Shown piece by piece: positions 8,862-21,850 of a stretch of 64,000 bases of DNA. Position 1 is the first letter of the stretch, and each line of letters starts with the position of its first letter. Under the pieces are notes generated by a model that saw only the letters and a program-made list of their open reading frames with translations, searched no databases and had not been told where the DNA came from. This DNA comes from Longimicrobiales bacterium (GTDB taxonomy: Bacteria > Gemmatimonadota > Gemmatimonadetes > Longimicrobiales > Gaopeijiaceae), in contig OZ220732.1 in the NCBI GenBank assembly GCA_965116905.1, forward strand, positions 2,240,001-2,304,000, in the 5' to 3' direction. The translations under genes and the position numbers were made by a program.

Positions 8862-11198
8862 TCAGCGGTCGACTCCCGGGACGGGCGCGTTCAACAAGTG
8901 CTTCACCAGGTAGTTCTTCTTCAGCTCCATGTTGTATTCGCCGGTCTGGCCGAACGCCCCATGCCCAGTGTTGGCGTAGACCATCATGTCGTGCTGGATC
9001 CCGGCGCGGACGAGCGTCTCCGACATCTGGAAAAGGTCCGCCTGGGTGCCGGTGTCGTTGATTCCGCCGGTCAGCAATAGCTGCCCCTTCAGACCGGGCG
9101 CCATCCGGAAGACGTTCGCTGCCTCGTAGTGTTCGTGGTTCTCCTGGGGCATGCCGAGGTACGGCTCGTAGAGGTGGAAGGCGTACATGTCGTACCCGGG
9201 GACCTCGCTGATGCACACCTTGTAGAGATCCGGCTCCTGAAGGATGGCGCGCGTCGAATAGTACCCGCCCCACGACGCCCCCATGATCGCCACGCGGTCG
9301 CCGTCCAGGAAATCGAAGCGATCGATCAGCTGGCGGATCGCGGCTGCATGGTCGTCGATCACGGGCTTGCCCCAGTTCCTGACGATCACGTCGTGGAACG
9401 CCTTGGACCGCCCGGGTGTCCCACGGCCATCGAGGATCACGACCACGAACCCCAGGTTGGCCAGGGCCCGGTTGAAGTTGCCGATCCGGGCGAAGTCGCT
9501 ACCAAAACCGGGGAACTGCTCGCCCCCGAAATCCGTCGGCCGCGTGTTGGTCTGAGGACCGCCGTAGATGTATTCGACCACGGGATAGCGCCGCGAGGGA
9601 TCGAAATCGTGGGGCAGGTACATCGTCACCCACAGGTCGGTCTCCCCGTCCGCCGCCTTCACCACGACTTCGCGCGGCGGTGTCCAACCCACCTCTTCCA
9701 GTCGCCCGATGTCGGCTTCCGACAGCGTCAGTACCAATTCACCGTCGGCGCGGCGCAGCACGGAGCGGGGCGGGGTATCCACCGCCGAATAGGTGTCGAC
9801 GAAGTAGTCCTGTGACGGCGCCATCACCACGGTATGCCGCCCCTTCCCCTCGGTGAGCTGCGTCCGGTCGGCCCCGTCGAGGGTCACCCGGTTCAGGTGC
9901 AGGTCGTACGGTCGCTCCGGATCGGTGTGCGCCGTGAAATACACCCACCCGTCGTCCTGGTCGACGCCGACCACGGCTTCGACGGGGAAATCACCCCCGG
10001 TGAGTCTCCCGACAAGGCTTCCGGCCATGTCATACAGGTACAGGTGCCGCCAACCGTCCCGTTCGGAGACCAGAATGAACCCGGAAGCGTCGGGCAGCAG
10101 CGAAAATCCCGTCCGCGAGCCCCAAACCGAATCGTGATGGTGGGTCACGAAGGTCTCGGAGGTCTCCGTGGCAAGCGTGCGCACCGCGCCGGTCAAGGCG
10201 TCCGCGGCCTGGATGTCGACCCGGTCCATCATCCGGCTGTAGCGCGCGAACACGACCTCCGAACCATCGGGCAGCCAGGTCAGCACGCGGTAGTAGTGGT
10301 CCGCGGTTGTATCCTGTTGCACCGGCATCGGTGTGCGCGTGTGCAGGTCCAGTATATGGAGTCGAGTGTCGTAGAGTTCGCCGCCGGCGAGCATGGTGGG
10401 TATGAACTCGGCCTCTTCGAGCGGCTTCAGCCATTTGATGGTCGGGATCCGGGGCATGCCGTGCGAGTTGATCCTGGCCACCACGAGCCGCTGCGAGTCC
10501 GGCGACCACGGATTCCACAGCGTCGTTTCCACGTCCCACTGCTCGAATTCATTGCCGTCGCCGGTGATGGACACGACCCGGCCATCGACCGTGGCGCGCA
10601 GCGTCAGATTGTGGTTGTCGAGTCCGACGAACCACTGGCCGTCCGGCGACAGCCGCTCGGGATAGGACCGGGGCCCAAGCCCCTGAAAGACCTCGCGCAC
10701 AAAGGTCCTGGGCGTAACGCGGTCCGCCTCGCTGACCAGGTATGAGACGAGCCCCAGCGACGAAGGCGTGCGCTGCTTCTCGACAGCGTATGTGTCCAGG
10801 TCCAGCACGAACGTCTGCCCCTCGACCGTGAACTGAACGGACGACGGACCGACGAACGCCAACTGGCGGAACGGCACGCCCAGGCCCGCGGGCTCGTGTC
10901 CCAGCGCTTCGGTGAGCACGGCGCGCAGTCGGGGCGTGTCGAACAACTCCTCGACCACACCCGTTGTGGGATCGACCCGGTGAATGAACGTGTGCTGCGG
11001 CCCGCCCTCCGCGTACCAGAAGCTGTTGCCGTCGGGCATCCAGTTGGGCGTGACGCGGCCGCCTTCGATCAGCGAGCCGAAGTCGAGGTAGCGCTGATAG
11101 GCGGCTTCCCGTTCCGGGCCAACCTGTGGCGAGGCCGGCGGGACAGCGCCCGCCAACAGCAGCAGGGCAGGGATCAGGGGGCGCCAGGACCGGATCAT
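8862..11198 (-). CDS. S9 family peptidase (DPP IV-like), secreted
   Basis: SERDGWRHLY, YIYGGP, DGRGTPGRSKAF, nucleophile GASWGG; signal peptide. Confidence 0.93.
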   Translation of the reverse strand: MIRSWRPLIPALLLLAGAVPPASPQVGPEREAAYQRYLDFGSLIEGGRVTPNWMPDGNSFWYAEGGPQHTFIHRVDPTTGVVEELFDTPRLRAVLTEALGHEPAGLGVPFRQLAFVGPSSVQFTVEGQTFVLDLDTYAVEKQRTPSSLGLVSYLVSEADRVTPRTFVREVFQGLGPRSYPERLSPDGQWFVGLDNHNLTLRATVDGRVVSITGDGNEFEQWDVETTLWNPWSPDSQRLVVARINSHGMPRIPTIKWLKPLEEAEFIPTMLAGGELYDTRLHILDLHTRTPMPVQQDTTADHYYRVLTWLPDGSEVVFARYSRMMDRVDIQAADALTGAVRTLATETSETFVTHHHDSVWGSRTGFSLLPDASGFILVSERDGWRHLYLYDMAGSLVGRLTGGDFPVEAVVGVDQDDGWVYFTAHTDPERPYDLHLNRVTLDGADRTQLTEGKGRHTVVMAPSQDYFVDTYSAVDTPPRSVLRRADGELVLTLSEADIGRLEEVGWTPPREVVVKAADGETDLWVTMYLPHDFDPSRRYPVVEYIYGGPQTNTRPTDFGGEQFPGFGSDFARIGNFNRALANLGFVVVILDGRGTPGRSKAFHDVIVRNWGKPVIDDHAAAIRQLIDRFDFLDGDRVAIMGASWGGYYSTRAILQEPDLYKVCISEVPGYDMYAFHLYEPYLGMPQENHEHYEAANVFRMAPGLKGQLLLTGGINDTGTQADLFQMSETLVRAGIQHDMMVYANTGHGAFGQTGEYNMELKKNYLVKHLLNAPVPGVDR

Positions 11199-11291
11199 GG
11201 CTTGCTCCAATGCTCTTTACGGACTGAACACTCCCCTCTACCCTGCAAGGGACAGGAGACCCCAGGCAAGGAGCGGCAAATGGAGCGGCAA

Positions 11292-12728
11292 ATGCGCAGT
11301 GGCATGTGGGTGTTGGCGGCGACGGCGGTCGCGCTCTACCCCGGTCCGGCGAACGGCCAGGACCGAAGCGCACTCTCGGACGAGGTGCAGTCCTACCTGA
11401 GCGTTTCGGCGCCTGTCGTGGCGCTCGAAAACGTGCTCCTCTTCGACGGAACCGGCGGCCCTGCACAGGCCGGTCAAACCATCCTCATCCGCAGCAACCG
11501 CATCGAGGCGGTCGGCGCGGCGGGCTCCGTCGATATTCCCGCCGATGCCGAACGCCTGGACCTCGCGGGTCACTCGGTGATGCCCGGAATGGTCGGCCTC
11601 CACAACCACCTGTACTACTACCAGAACACCCCACGCGTGGCGCAGATGCAGTATTCCGGCCCGCGTATCTACCTGGGGGCCGGCGTCACGACCGTCCGCA
11701 CGACCGGCAGCATGTCGCCCTACCAGGACATCGCGCTCAAGGGTGCGATCGAACGCGGGGAGACGCCCGGGCCCCGCATCGTGATCACGGCGCCGTACGT
11801 CATCAGTCCCGGGCCGGACGAGCGGCTCAGGGATCTGGGCATGTACGTGATTCGGGACGAGGAGTCGGCGCGCCGGTACGTTCGCTACTGGGCCGCGGAA
11901 GGCGCGGAGTGGGTCAAGGTCTACACGCAGATCTCGCGGGCGGCGCTGGGCACGATCATCGACGAAGCACACAGGCAAGGGATGAAGGTCATGGGCCACC
12001 TGTGCTCCGTGAGCTTCCGCGAGGCCACCGCGCTCGGTATCGACAACCTGGAGCACAGCCTTTGGGCCAACTCGGACTTCGATGCGACGCGCGAGCCCGA
12101 CAAGTGCAGTCCGAACCTCGCCTTTTCGCTGGCCGAGCTCGATGTCGCCGGTCCGGCCGCGGGCGTCACGATCGACGAGATCATCGATGCGGGCGTGGCC
12201 ATCACCTCGACGCTGGCCGTCGCGGAGCAGGCGACTCCGGCCGTGCCCGATCTCACGGCGAGGGACCTTGAGGCGCTCCCCGATCACGTGGTTCAGACCG
12301 AAATGGAGCGCCGACAGGTGATTCGGTCGGGGACCACGGAATGGATGATCGACCTCCTGCACAACATGTTCGCTTTCGAACGCCGCTTCGTGGAGGCGGG
12401 CGGACTGCTCGCGGCGGGGGTCGACCCTGCCTGGGGCGCGCTTCCCGGCTACGGCGACCAGCGCAACTTCGAACTTCTCGTGCAGGCGGGCTTCGAGGCG
12501 GCTACCGCGGTGCAGATCGTCAGCGCCAACGGCGCCAGGGTGATCGGCATGGACGACGAGGTCGGCACGGTGGCCGCGGGCAAACTCGCGGACCTGGTCG
12601 TGATCGAGGGCGACATCGGCAGCAACGCGTCCGACATCCGCAATGTGCGGCTCGTCTTCAAGGACGGTTTGGGCTACGACGCGAAGAAGCTGACCGATGC
12701 GGTGAGGGGGCTGGTGGGCATGCGGTGA
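11292..12728 (+). CDS. Amidohydrolase family protein, secreted
   Basis: PGMVGLHNH, GVTTVR, GAEWVKVY, GKLADLVV; duplicated RBS/start (alternative ATG 11280). Confidence 0.9.
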   Translation: MRSGMWVLAATAVALYPGPANGQDRSALSDEVQSYLSVSAPVVALENVLLFDGTGGPAQAGQTILIRSNRIEAVGAAGSVDIPADAERLDLAGHSVMPGMVGLHNHLYYYQNTPRVAQMQYSGPRIYLGAGVTTVRTTGSMSPYQDIALKGAIERGETPGPRIVITAPYVISPGPDERLRDLGMYVIRDEESARRYVRYWAAEGAEWVKVYTQISRAALGTIIDEAHRQGMKVMGHLCSVSFREATALGIDNLEHSLWANSDFDATREPDKCSPNLAFSLAELDVAGPAAGVTIDEIIDAGVAITSTLAVAEQATPAVPDLTARDLEALPDHVVQTEMERRQVIRSGTTEWMIDLLHNMFAFERRFVEAGGLLAAGVDPAWGALPGYGDQRNFELLVQAGFEAATAVQIVSANGARVIGMDDEVGTVAAGKLADLVVIEGDIGSNASDIRNVRLVFKDGLGYDAKKLTDAVRGLVGMR

Positions 12729-12761
12729 GATGCGGCGGTTGCCGCTGCTCAGATTCTGGCG

Positions 12762-12791
12762 CTACATTTAGTAGTGTCAAATGTAGTTACA
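12762..12791. promoter_or_regulatory. Inverted repeats upstream of brnTA (CTACATTT-N9-AAATGTAG; TGTAGTTACA)
   Basis: AT-rich dyads directly before the brnT remnant start. Confidence 0.5.
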
Positions 12792-12792
12792 C

Positions 12793-12876
12793 ATGCGCGA
12801 GGTCACGTGAAACTCGATGAGAAAGGCGAACAGTCGTGAGCGAAAGGCGTATGAAAAGCGACTTGAGGCGGATTGA
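12793..12876 (+). pseudogene. brnT: Internally deleted BrnT toxin remnant
   Basis: Single frame MREVT*NSMRKANSRERKAYEKRLEAD*; C-terminal part matches the BrnT IS(A/M)RKANxRERxxY signature and overlaps the brnA start. Confidence 0.75.
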
Positions 12877-13120
12877 CCGGATGAAGGATGAGGATATCGA
12901 CTACTCTGACATCCCCGAACTCGACGCCGAATTCTTCGCCACGGCACGTGTCGTGGTCCCGCCTGGCAAGAAGCAGGTAACGGTGCGTCTGGACAGCGAT
13001 GTCCTGGGGTGGCTGAAAGCCCAGGGCAAAGGATACCAGACCCGGATCAACGCGATTCTACGGGCGTACTACGAGGCGCAAATGGGCCGAAGCGCTCGCT
13101 CGCGGCGCGGGCAGGGTTGA
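12851..13120 (+). CDS. brnA: BrnA antitoxin
   Basis: DEDIDYSDIPELD and KQVTVRLDSDVLGWLKAQGKGYQTRINAILR signatures. Confidence 0.93.
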   Translation: MKSDLRRIDRMKDEDIDYSDIPELDAEFFATARVVVPPGKKQVTVRLDSDVLGWLKAQGKGYQTRINAILRAYYEAQMGRSARSRRGQG

Positions 13121-13125
13121 CCCCA

Positions 13126-14610
13126 ATGTGGGCCTACGGCAGCCGGGAAACTACCGTTCCGGTCTCCCTCGCCGTCCTTCTCCTGCCGTGCCTCATCGCT
13201 TTTGCGCCGCACGCGGCCGCCGCGCAGGACCCAGAACCGTTCCTGTCCCTCGGCGAGACGCGCGAACTGTACTCCAACGTCCTCGACGAGAGGCGGGAGA
13301 TCATCGTGGGCCTGCCGGCCGGCTACGAGGGTGGCGACGAGACGTATCCCGTGGTCTATCTCCTCGACGGCCCGTCGCACTTCCATCACACGACGGGCAC
13401 GGCCCGCTTCCTGGCCCGGAACGGGCGCATGCCCAACGTCATCGTCGTGGCGATTCCCAATACGGACAGGACGCGTGACATGTCGCCTCCCATCCATTCC
13501 GACGTGGGCCCCCCGCGTCCAGGTGCAGGCGGAGCCGACAACTTCCTCGAGTTCATCAGTGCCGAGTTGATGCCGTTCATCGATGAGCACTACAGGACGC
13601 GACCGTACGAAATCCTCATCGGGCACTCGCTTGGGGGACTGTTCGCGAATCACGCGCTGGTGCATCGGCCGGACGTATTCGACGCGTACATCTCGATCAG
13701 TCCGAGTCTCTGGTGGGACGAACAGCGCCTGGTCGCCCAGGCCGATTCCGCATTCGACCACGTCGAAGACCTGGCCGGCGACTTCTACATGACCATGGGC
13801 AACGAGGGTGGAGCCATGCTCGGCGGCGCTCTCAAGTTCGCAGGTATCCTCGAAGCGAAGGCCCCGGAGGACTTCCGGTGGGAATTCAAGCTCATGGAAG
13901 AGGAGAGCCACGGTTCCGTGCCGCACAGATCGACCTACTACGGCTTCGAGAAGATCTTTGACGGCTGGCACCTGCACGATCCGGTAGGCCTTTACGTGGC
14001 AAGCGGCCTGGAGGCGGTCGACCGGCACTTCGCGCGTGCGTCGGCGAGGTTCGGATACGAGCGAACGCCGTCGGTGCGCGTCCTTGGCCCGATCGGCAGC
14101 CGGGCGCTCGAAGACGGAAACGCCGCCGACGCGGAGGCGGTCTTCTCACGTCTGGTCGAAATGGACCCCAACCTGGCACCCGCGCACAACGGCCTGGCCG
14201 AGGCGCACGCACTCATGGGACATCGGGATCTGGCAATCGAGCGCTATCGGCACGCCCTCCGGGTCGACCCAAGGAACGGTCCGGCCAGAGAGAAGCTGAC
14301 GGAGTACGGAGTCGACCTGTCCGACTTCCCCGAGACGGTGGATGTGCCGGTCAGCGTCCTGGAGTCGTACGTGGGAACCTACGTCGTGCCTGAAGATCCG
14401 GACGAAGTGCTTCGATTCCTCCTGGTGGAGGACGAACTCGTGGTGGAGCTCGAGGGCAGCACCTACGAGCTGTACGCGACATCGACGGAGCGCTTCAAGG
14501 TGGTGGTCGTGCCGGTATACGTAACCTTCAGGTCCGACGAATCCGGAGATGTGACCGGGCTTATGATCGATCAGGCGGGCGAAAAAATCGAGGCTACGCG
14601 GGTCAAATAG
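13126..14610 (+). CDS. Alpha/beta-hydrolase esterase (IroE/Fes-like) with TPR and C-terminal DUF3471-like domain
   Basis: YPVVYLLDG, DRTRD, GHSLGG, SPSLWW, EESHGSV; TPR-like helices; LESYVGTY. Confidence 0.88.
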   Translation: MWAYGSRETTVPVSLAVLLLPCLIAFAPHAAAAQDPEPFLSLGETRELYSNVLDERREIIVGLPAGYEGGDETYPVVYLLDGPSHFHHTTGTARFLARNGRMPNVIVVAIPNTDRTRDMSPPIHSDVGPPRPGAGGADNFLEFISAELMPFIDEHYRTRPYEILIGHSLGGLFANHALVHRPDVFDAYISISPSLWWDEQRLVAQADSAFDHVEDLAGDFYMTMGNEGGAMLGGALKFAGILEAKAPEDFRWEFKLMEEESHGSVPHRSTYYGFEKIFDGWHLHDPVGLYVASGLEAVDRHFARASARFGYERTPSVRVLGPIGSRALEDGNAADAEAVFSRLVEMDPNLAPAHNGLAEAHALMGHRDLAIERYRHALRVDPRNGPAREKLTEYGVDLSDFPETVDVPVSVLESYVGTYVVPEDPDEVLRFLLVEDELVVELEGSTYELYATSTERFKVVVVPVYVTFRSDESGDVTGLMIDQAGEKIEATRVK

Positions 14611-14618
14611 GACCGAGA

Positions 14619-14891
14619 ATGCCCAGATCCAGCCCGTATGTCATCGTCCTGACCCCCGAGGAACGTCGCATCCTCAAAGCGCGGTCCCGCCGCTATACGT
14701 TATCGTATCGCGATGTGGTGCGCGCCAAGGTCGTGCTCCTTGCCGCCGAGGGACTGGAGAACAAGGAGATCGGGGAGCGCCTCGATCTGGCCCGCCCCGT
14801 GGTCAGCAAGTGGCGAAAGCGCTTCTTCCTGGAGCGCCTCGACGGACTCGAGGATCGCTCGCGGAAAGGCCGGCCGCCTGACGCCGCTTGA
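14619..14891 (+). mobile_element. IS630-family transposase N-terminal HTH fragment (no DDE domain)
   Basis: LTPEERR.L...RAKVVLLAAEG..NKEI...VSKWRKRF...LDGLEDRSR.GRPP; ends at dyad copy 3; only 8 bp from the upstream gene, so no room for an IS left end. Confidence 0.8.
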
Positions 14892-14892
14892 G

Positions 14893-14918
14893 AATACTAA
14901 ACAATATTGTTCAGTATC
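14893..14918. repeat. 26-bp dyad element, copy 3: AATACTAAAC-AATATT-GTTCAGTATC
   Basis: Two mismatches to consensus; followed by CACCG as in copy 7. Confidence 0.85.
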
Positions 14919-15004
14919 CACCGTTGCGGCCACACCACCCCGCGACTATCCTCCCGAAAACACAAGCCGGGGAAGCATCTCCGCCTGTTCCAAGGGAGGG
15001 CGAA

Positions 15005-17239
15005 ATGACCGCCAGACGGATTTCACAAAGCCTCTGCCTGGTCGGCGTCGTCGCTGTCCCAGCCATCTTCGCCTTCCCCGCCTTCCTCCCATCCCCGGCT
15101 TCCGCCCAGGTCCCCGGCGAGACCGAAGCCCGCCTCAGGTCGATCTTCGTGGCGAGGGACTTCGACGCCCGCTCCTTCCAGGCGACGTGGCTGCCCGACG
15201 GGTCCGGGTACACGACCCTCGAGGCCGCTCCGGGGGACTCGGCGCGGGAACTGCTCCGCTACGACGCCGCCAGCGGAGACCGGACCGTCCTGGCGTCGCT
15301 CTCCGACCTCACGCCATCCGCCGCTTCCTCGCCCCTCGACATCGCCGGCTACCAGTTCGCTCCGGACGGCAGCTGGGTCCTCCTCCAATCCGACGGCGAC
15401 GGCTTCTGGATGTTCGCACCCGCCACGGCCACGCTGCGGAAGGTCGACGGCGGTGGCGGAAACACCATCTCCCCGGACGGCAGCCGCATCCTCTTCACCC
15501 GCGACGGTGACCTGCACGTCCACGACCTCGCGGCTGAGCAAACCACCCGCCTGACCTGGACCACCGCCGAATCCGTCTCCAACGGCCGCGCCACATGGAG
15601 CCCCGACGGGAACCGCATCGCCTTCGTCGAGTCCGACGCCTCCGGGGTGCGGATGAGGTCGATGCTCATCCCCAACGATCCATCGTATCCCGAACTCCGG
15701 GAGGTCCGGTTCGCGAGGGTGGGCGAGACCATCGCCAGGCTCCGCGTCGGAGTGGTGGACGCGCAGGGCAGGGCAGTTCGCTGGATCTCCATCCCTTCCC
15801 CGAACGAGGGCTTCTATCTCGGGCAGGTGAGCTGGGCCGGGAACTCGGACGAGTTGCTGGTGGAGCAGTTCAGCCGGTTTCGGGACGAACGGGACTTCTA
15901 CGTCGCCAACGTGAACACGGGCGAGGTCGACCGGATTCATCACGAGTCGGATCCGGCGTGGGTCGTCGCCAGCTATCGCCTGAACGCCGGGCTGGAGTGG
16001 ATCCGGGGGGGCGACTCCTTCCTGTTTCTGACCGAAAAGGACGGTTGGCGTCACGCCTACACGTATTCACGCGCGGGGCAGGAGGAACGCCTCCTGACCC
16101 CGGGTCCCGCCGATGTCATGGAACGGGGGCCGGTCGACGCGGCGGAGGGCGACGAGGCGGAGGGCGACGACGACGGCTGGCTCTACTTCTTCGCCTCGCC
16201 CGACAACGCCACGCAGCGGTACCTCTACCGGGTCCGGCTGGACGGTGCCGAAGATCCTGAGCGGGTCACTCCCGAAGACCAGCCCGGGACCCACTTCTAC
16301 GACTTCTCTCCCGACCTTCGGTGGGCCTTTCACACGTATTCCAACTTCGACACGCCCCCGGTGACCGCGCTGATCAGTCTGCCGGACCACCGCGTCGTGC
16401 GGGTTCTGGAGGACAACGCCGAAGTCCGGCGCAGGGCCGAGGCCACGACCACCCACCCCACCGAGTTCCTGCAGCTGGATATCGGTGACGGGATCGTGAT
16501 GGACGCGTGGATGATCAAGCCGCGGGACTTCGATCCTTCCCGCAGGTACCCGGTGTTCATCTACGTCTACGGCGAACCGCATGCCCAGACCGTCCTCGAC
16601 CGGTGGTCGACGCGGAACAACTACCATCGCGCGATCGCGGACCTCGGGTACCTGGTCGTGTCCATTGAGAATCGGGGCACACCCGCGCCGAAGGGTGCCG
16701 AGTGGCGAAGGGCGCCCTTCCCGACCATCGGTGTGCAGTCGACGGAAGAACACGCGGCGGGCGTTCGCGAGCTTGGCCGGATGCTCCCCTACGTCGATGT
16801 GTCCAGGGTGGGGATCTGGGGATGGAGCGGCGGCGGATCGAACACCCTGAATTCGCTGTTCCGGAAACCCGATGTCTACCACGTGGGGATTGCCGTGGTC
16901 CCCAAGCCCCAGCCGCACCTTTACAACGCGTGGTTCCAGGAGATCTACATGGAGACCCTGGAGACGAACCCGGACGGTTACCGCGTCTCCGCGCCCATCA
17001 ACTATGCCGAGGGGCTCGAAGGGGACCTGCTCATCATCCACGGAACCGGGGAGACCAACACGCACCTGGAGATCGTCGAGGGACTGGTGGACCGACTCGT
17101 GGAGCTGGGGAAGACCTTCGACTACACGACCTATCCCAATCGAAACCACGGGCTGTCGGAAGGAGCGGGCACGGTTGTCCACGTTCGTATGCTCATGGTG
17201 CGCTACCTCCTGGATCACCTGCCGCCGGGGCCCGCGTAG
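15005..17239 (+). CDS. S9 family peptidase (DPP IV-like), secreted
   Basis: [38 protein letters not shown]. Confidence 0.93.
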   Translation: MTARRISQSLCLVGVVAVPAIFAFPAFLPSPASAQVPGETEARLRSIFVARDFDARSFQATWLPDGSGYTTLEAAPGDSARELLRYDAASGDRTVLASLSDLTPSAASSPLDIAGYQFAPDGSWVLLQSDGDGFWMFAPATATLRKVDGGGGNTISPDGSRILFTRDGDLHVHDLAAEQTTRLTWTTAESVSNGRATWSPDGNRIAFVESDASGVRMRSMLIPNDPSYPELREVRFARVGETIARLRVGVVDAQGRAVRWISIPSPNEGFYLGQVSWAGNSDELLVEQFSRFRDERDFYVANVNTGEVDRIHHESDPAWVVASYRLNAGLEWIRGGDSFLFLTEKDGWRHAYTYSRAGQEERLLTPGPADVMERGPVDAAEGDEAEGDDDGWLYFFASPDNATQRYLYRVRLDGAEDPERVTPEDQPGTHFYDFSPDLRWAFHTYSNFDTPPVTALISLPDHRVVRVLEDNAEVRRRAEATTTHPTEFLQLDIGDGIVMDAWMIKPRDFDPSRRYPVFIYVYGEPHAQTVLDRWSTRNNYHRAIADLGYLVVSIENRGTPAPKGAEWRRAPFPTIGVQSTEEHAAGVRELGRMLPYVDVSRVGIWGWSGGGSNTLNSLFRKPDVYHVGIAVVPKPQPHLYNAWFQEIYMETLETNPDGYRVSAPINYAEGLEGDLLIIHGTGETNTHLEIVEGLVDRLVELGKTFDYTTYPNRNHGLSEGAGTVVHVRMLMVRYLLDHLPPGPA

Positions 17240-17285
17240 GTCGACTTCGGACATCGCAGCCACAATCCACGAAGGAGCCGGACCC

Positions 17286-19618
<2,333 letters not shown>

Positions 19619-19622
<4 letters not shown>

Positions 19623-20410
19623 CTGGACTGGCCCGACTGGCCTCCTCGGTGCTGGCGCTCATCGGCACTCTTCCGGCTCCGGCAGGGCTCACGGCAGTGC
19701 TCACGGCACAGGAGGTGGGTGGCGCGGACCCGGTAATCCTCGAGGGTGAAGTCGTCGACGTAACGACCAACGTCCCCGTGGAAGGCGCGATCGTCAGCTT
19801 GCCAGGTCTCGGTCTGACTGCGGTTACGGACAGTCTGGGCTACTACCGCCTGGACGAGGTGCCGACGGCTTCGCATACCGTCCGGGTTTTCCGCATCGGC
19901 TACGAGACACTCGAAGAGGTCGTGCCAATCAATGACGCGGAGGTGCTGGCCCTCCATCTGACCCCCGGTCCAATCCCTCTCGAGGGGATCGAGGTCGAAG
20001 TTGTCGGACTCGCCGAGGTGGACTGGCGGCCAGTAGGGACGAGCCGGCGAGGGTTCATTGGCCCGGGCGAGATCGAGGAACTCCGCGACACGTACCAAAG
20101 CCTCGACCACATCCTCAGAGTGCGCAGACTGCCGCAGGTGCGGTATACCCCGCCGGTCCAACCAGGGGGAAGGCCGCGCGATCCTACCTCAAACGGTTGT
20201 CTGAGGCTCGTTACCCAGTCGGGCCGAAAGGTATGCGCGATGGTCGTGATGGACGGCATACCCATCGATCCGGTGTCGGCGGGCTGGATGTATCAAACGA
20301 GTTCGCACGACATCTATTCGCTACGCTTCCTCGGTGGAGTGGAAGGGTTTCACCGATATGGTGACCGTGGCTCATCCGGCGTGCTCGAGATCGTTACGCA
20401 TCACCGATAA
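19619..20410 (+). CDS. Carboxypeptidase-regulatory-like domain protein with C-terminal TonB-plug-like domain
   Basis: [15 protein letters not shown]...TDSLGYYRL...RIGY; C-terminal VVMDG...[19 protein letters not shown] overlap. Confidence 0.75.
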
Positions 20411-20442
20411 GTACGGCGGTGGGACGCTCGCCGTCAGCCGGC

Positions 20443-21678
20443 TCAGTCCTCCGGATCCAGCGACACCAGCCGGATCACGCGCACCGTCGCCACTTCCAGT
20501 TCGTCCAGCTCGATGTAGGCCAGCAGGCCGTCGGGGCCGAAGGCGTCCGGTGTCCGCAGGCCGTCCGCGGCGAGCGTGCCGATGTAGCGTCCGTCCGGCG
20601 TGACGATGTCGATCGGCCCGTCGTCGTCGCCTTCCGCGCCGCTTCGGGTCACCCAGATCCGGTCCTCCCAGTCCACCTTTAGATCCGCAACGACCGGTAC
20701 CTCGTCGGCGAAGACAAGCCCTTCGGCCCCTTCGCGTTCAATCTGAAAGCGCTCGCTTCTGACGCTTTCGAGCTGCCTTGTCTCCTCACGGTAGCGCTCG
20801 CGCTCCGCCTCCATGATCGCCTCGTCGACAGGGATCGGTGCTATCGGCCTTTCGATGACTCCGGCTACGCTCCCGTCGATTCCGATCAGCTTGACGCGGT
20901 AGCCGATCGAGTCGGCAAGTGCGATCCGGCCGTCGGTCAGCATGTCGAAGTGGAGTCCCGGCTCGAAGGCGCGTCCGGCCGACAGGCGAATCGTGCCCGG
21001 TTCCGAGCCTTCGTCGGCGTCCTCAGCCGCGGGATCCTCGGGGAGATCCCAGGCGGTGTAGTGGACTGAAGGCTCGCTGCCGTCCAGCGGGATGACGTGA
21101 ATGGGGCGGCCTTCGGGATCGGGGAACTCGCCGGTCGCCATGAAATCCGCTATGCGACGGAATTGCGAGGCGACCAGGCGGCCGTCGGGGAGTGCAAGGT
21201 CGGACAGGATCAACCCCTGCTCCAGGGTGACGCTCCGTAGGAACGTCCCGTCGGGTTCGAGGAGATCGACGCGTGAGGAGCCCAGCACCGTGTAGGAGCC
21301 GTCGCGGGCCACGATCGCCGAGCTGACGTTGCCGAACTCGCCCGGTCCCTCTCCGCGCCCGCCCACCGTGCGCACCAGCGATCCGTCCGGCCCGACCACC
21401 AGGATGTGTTCGCTCTGGGAGTCGAAGACGTGCAGGTTGCCGCCGTTGTCGAAGGCCACGGAGCGAACGTTGCCGAAGGTGTCCCAGTTGTCGCCCACAA
21501 CCGAGCCGACGGTGAAGACCTCTTCGGTGACGGCGTTCAGCATCACATCGGGCCCATCGAGGGTTCCGCGGGCGCCGGCGGGTCCTCCTTGCCCCGCGTC
21601 GCCGCAGGAGGCGAGCAGGAGGACCGGGGCGAGGAGGAGCGGGGCGAGGATAAGCACAGGCTTCGGATTCATCGTCAT
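20443..21678 (-). CDS. 6-bladed beta-propeller lipoprotein
   Basis: LASC lipobox; GGRGEGPGEF; IWV; DGRYIGT; AFGPDGL; DELEV. Confidence 0.85.
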   Translation of the reverse strand: MTMNPKPVLILAPLLLAPVLLLASCGDAGQGGPAGARGTLDGPDVMLNAVTEEVFTVGSVVGDNWDTFGNVRSVAFDNGGNLHVFDSQSEHILVVGPDGSLVRTVGGRGEGPGEFGNVSSAIVARDGSYTVLGSSRVDLLEPDGTFLRSVTLEQGLILSDLALPDGRLVASQFRRIADFMATGEFPDPEGRPIHVIPLDGSEPSVHYTAWDLPEDPAAEDADEGSEPGTIRLSAGRAFEPGLHFDMLTDGRIALADSIGYRVKLIGIDGSVAGVIERPIAPIPVDEAIMEAERERYREETRQLESVRSERFQIEREGAEGLVFADEVPVVADLKVDWEDRIWVTRSGAEGDDDGPIDIVTPDGRYIGTLAADGLRTPDAFGPDGLLAYIELDELEVATVRVIRLVSLDPED

Positions 21679-21850
21679 GGTCGGCGCACCTTTCCTTGTC
21701 ACTTCGTTAGACAGCTTGTTCAGTCCTGCCGGTTGCGAGACGCCGACGGATTGCGAGACCTCGGAACTTGCTTGATGGGCGTCTGATTGAGGCGCATGTT
21801 CGGACCCACGTGCGAATGACCCGTTGCTACCCTCGCGAAGGCGCTTGATC

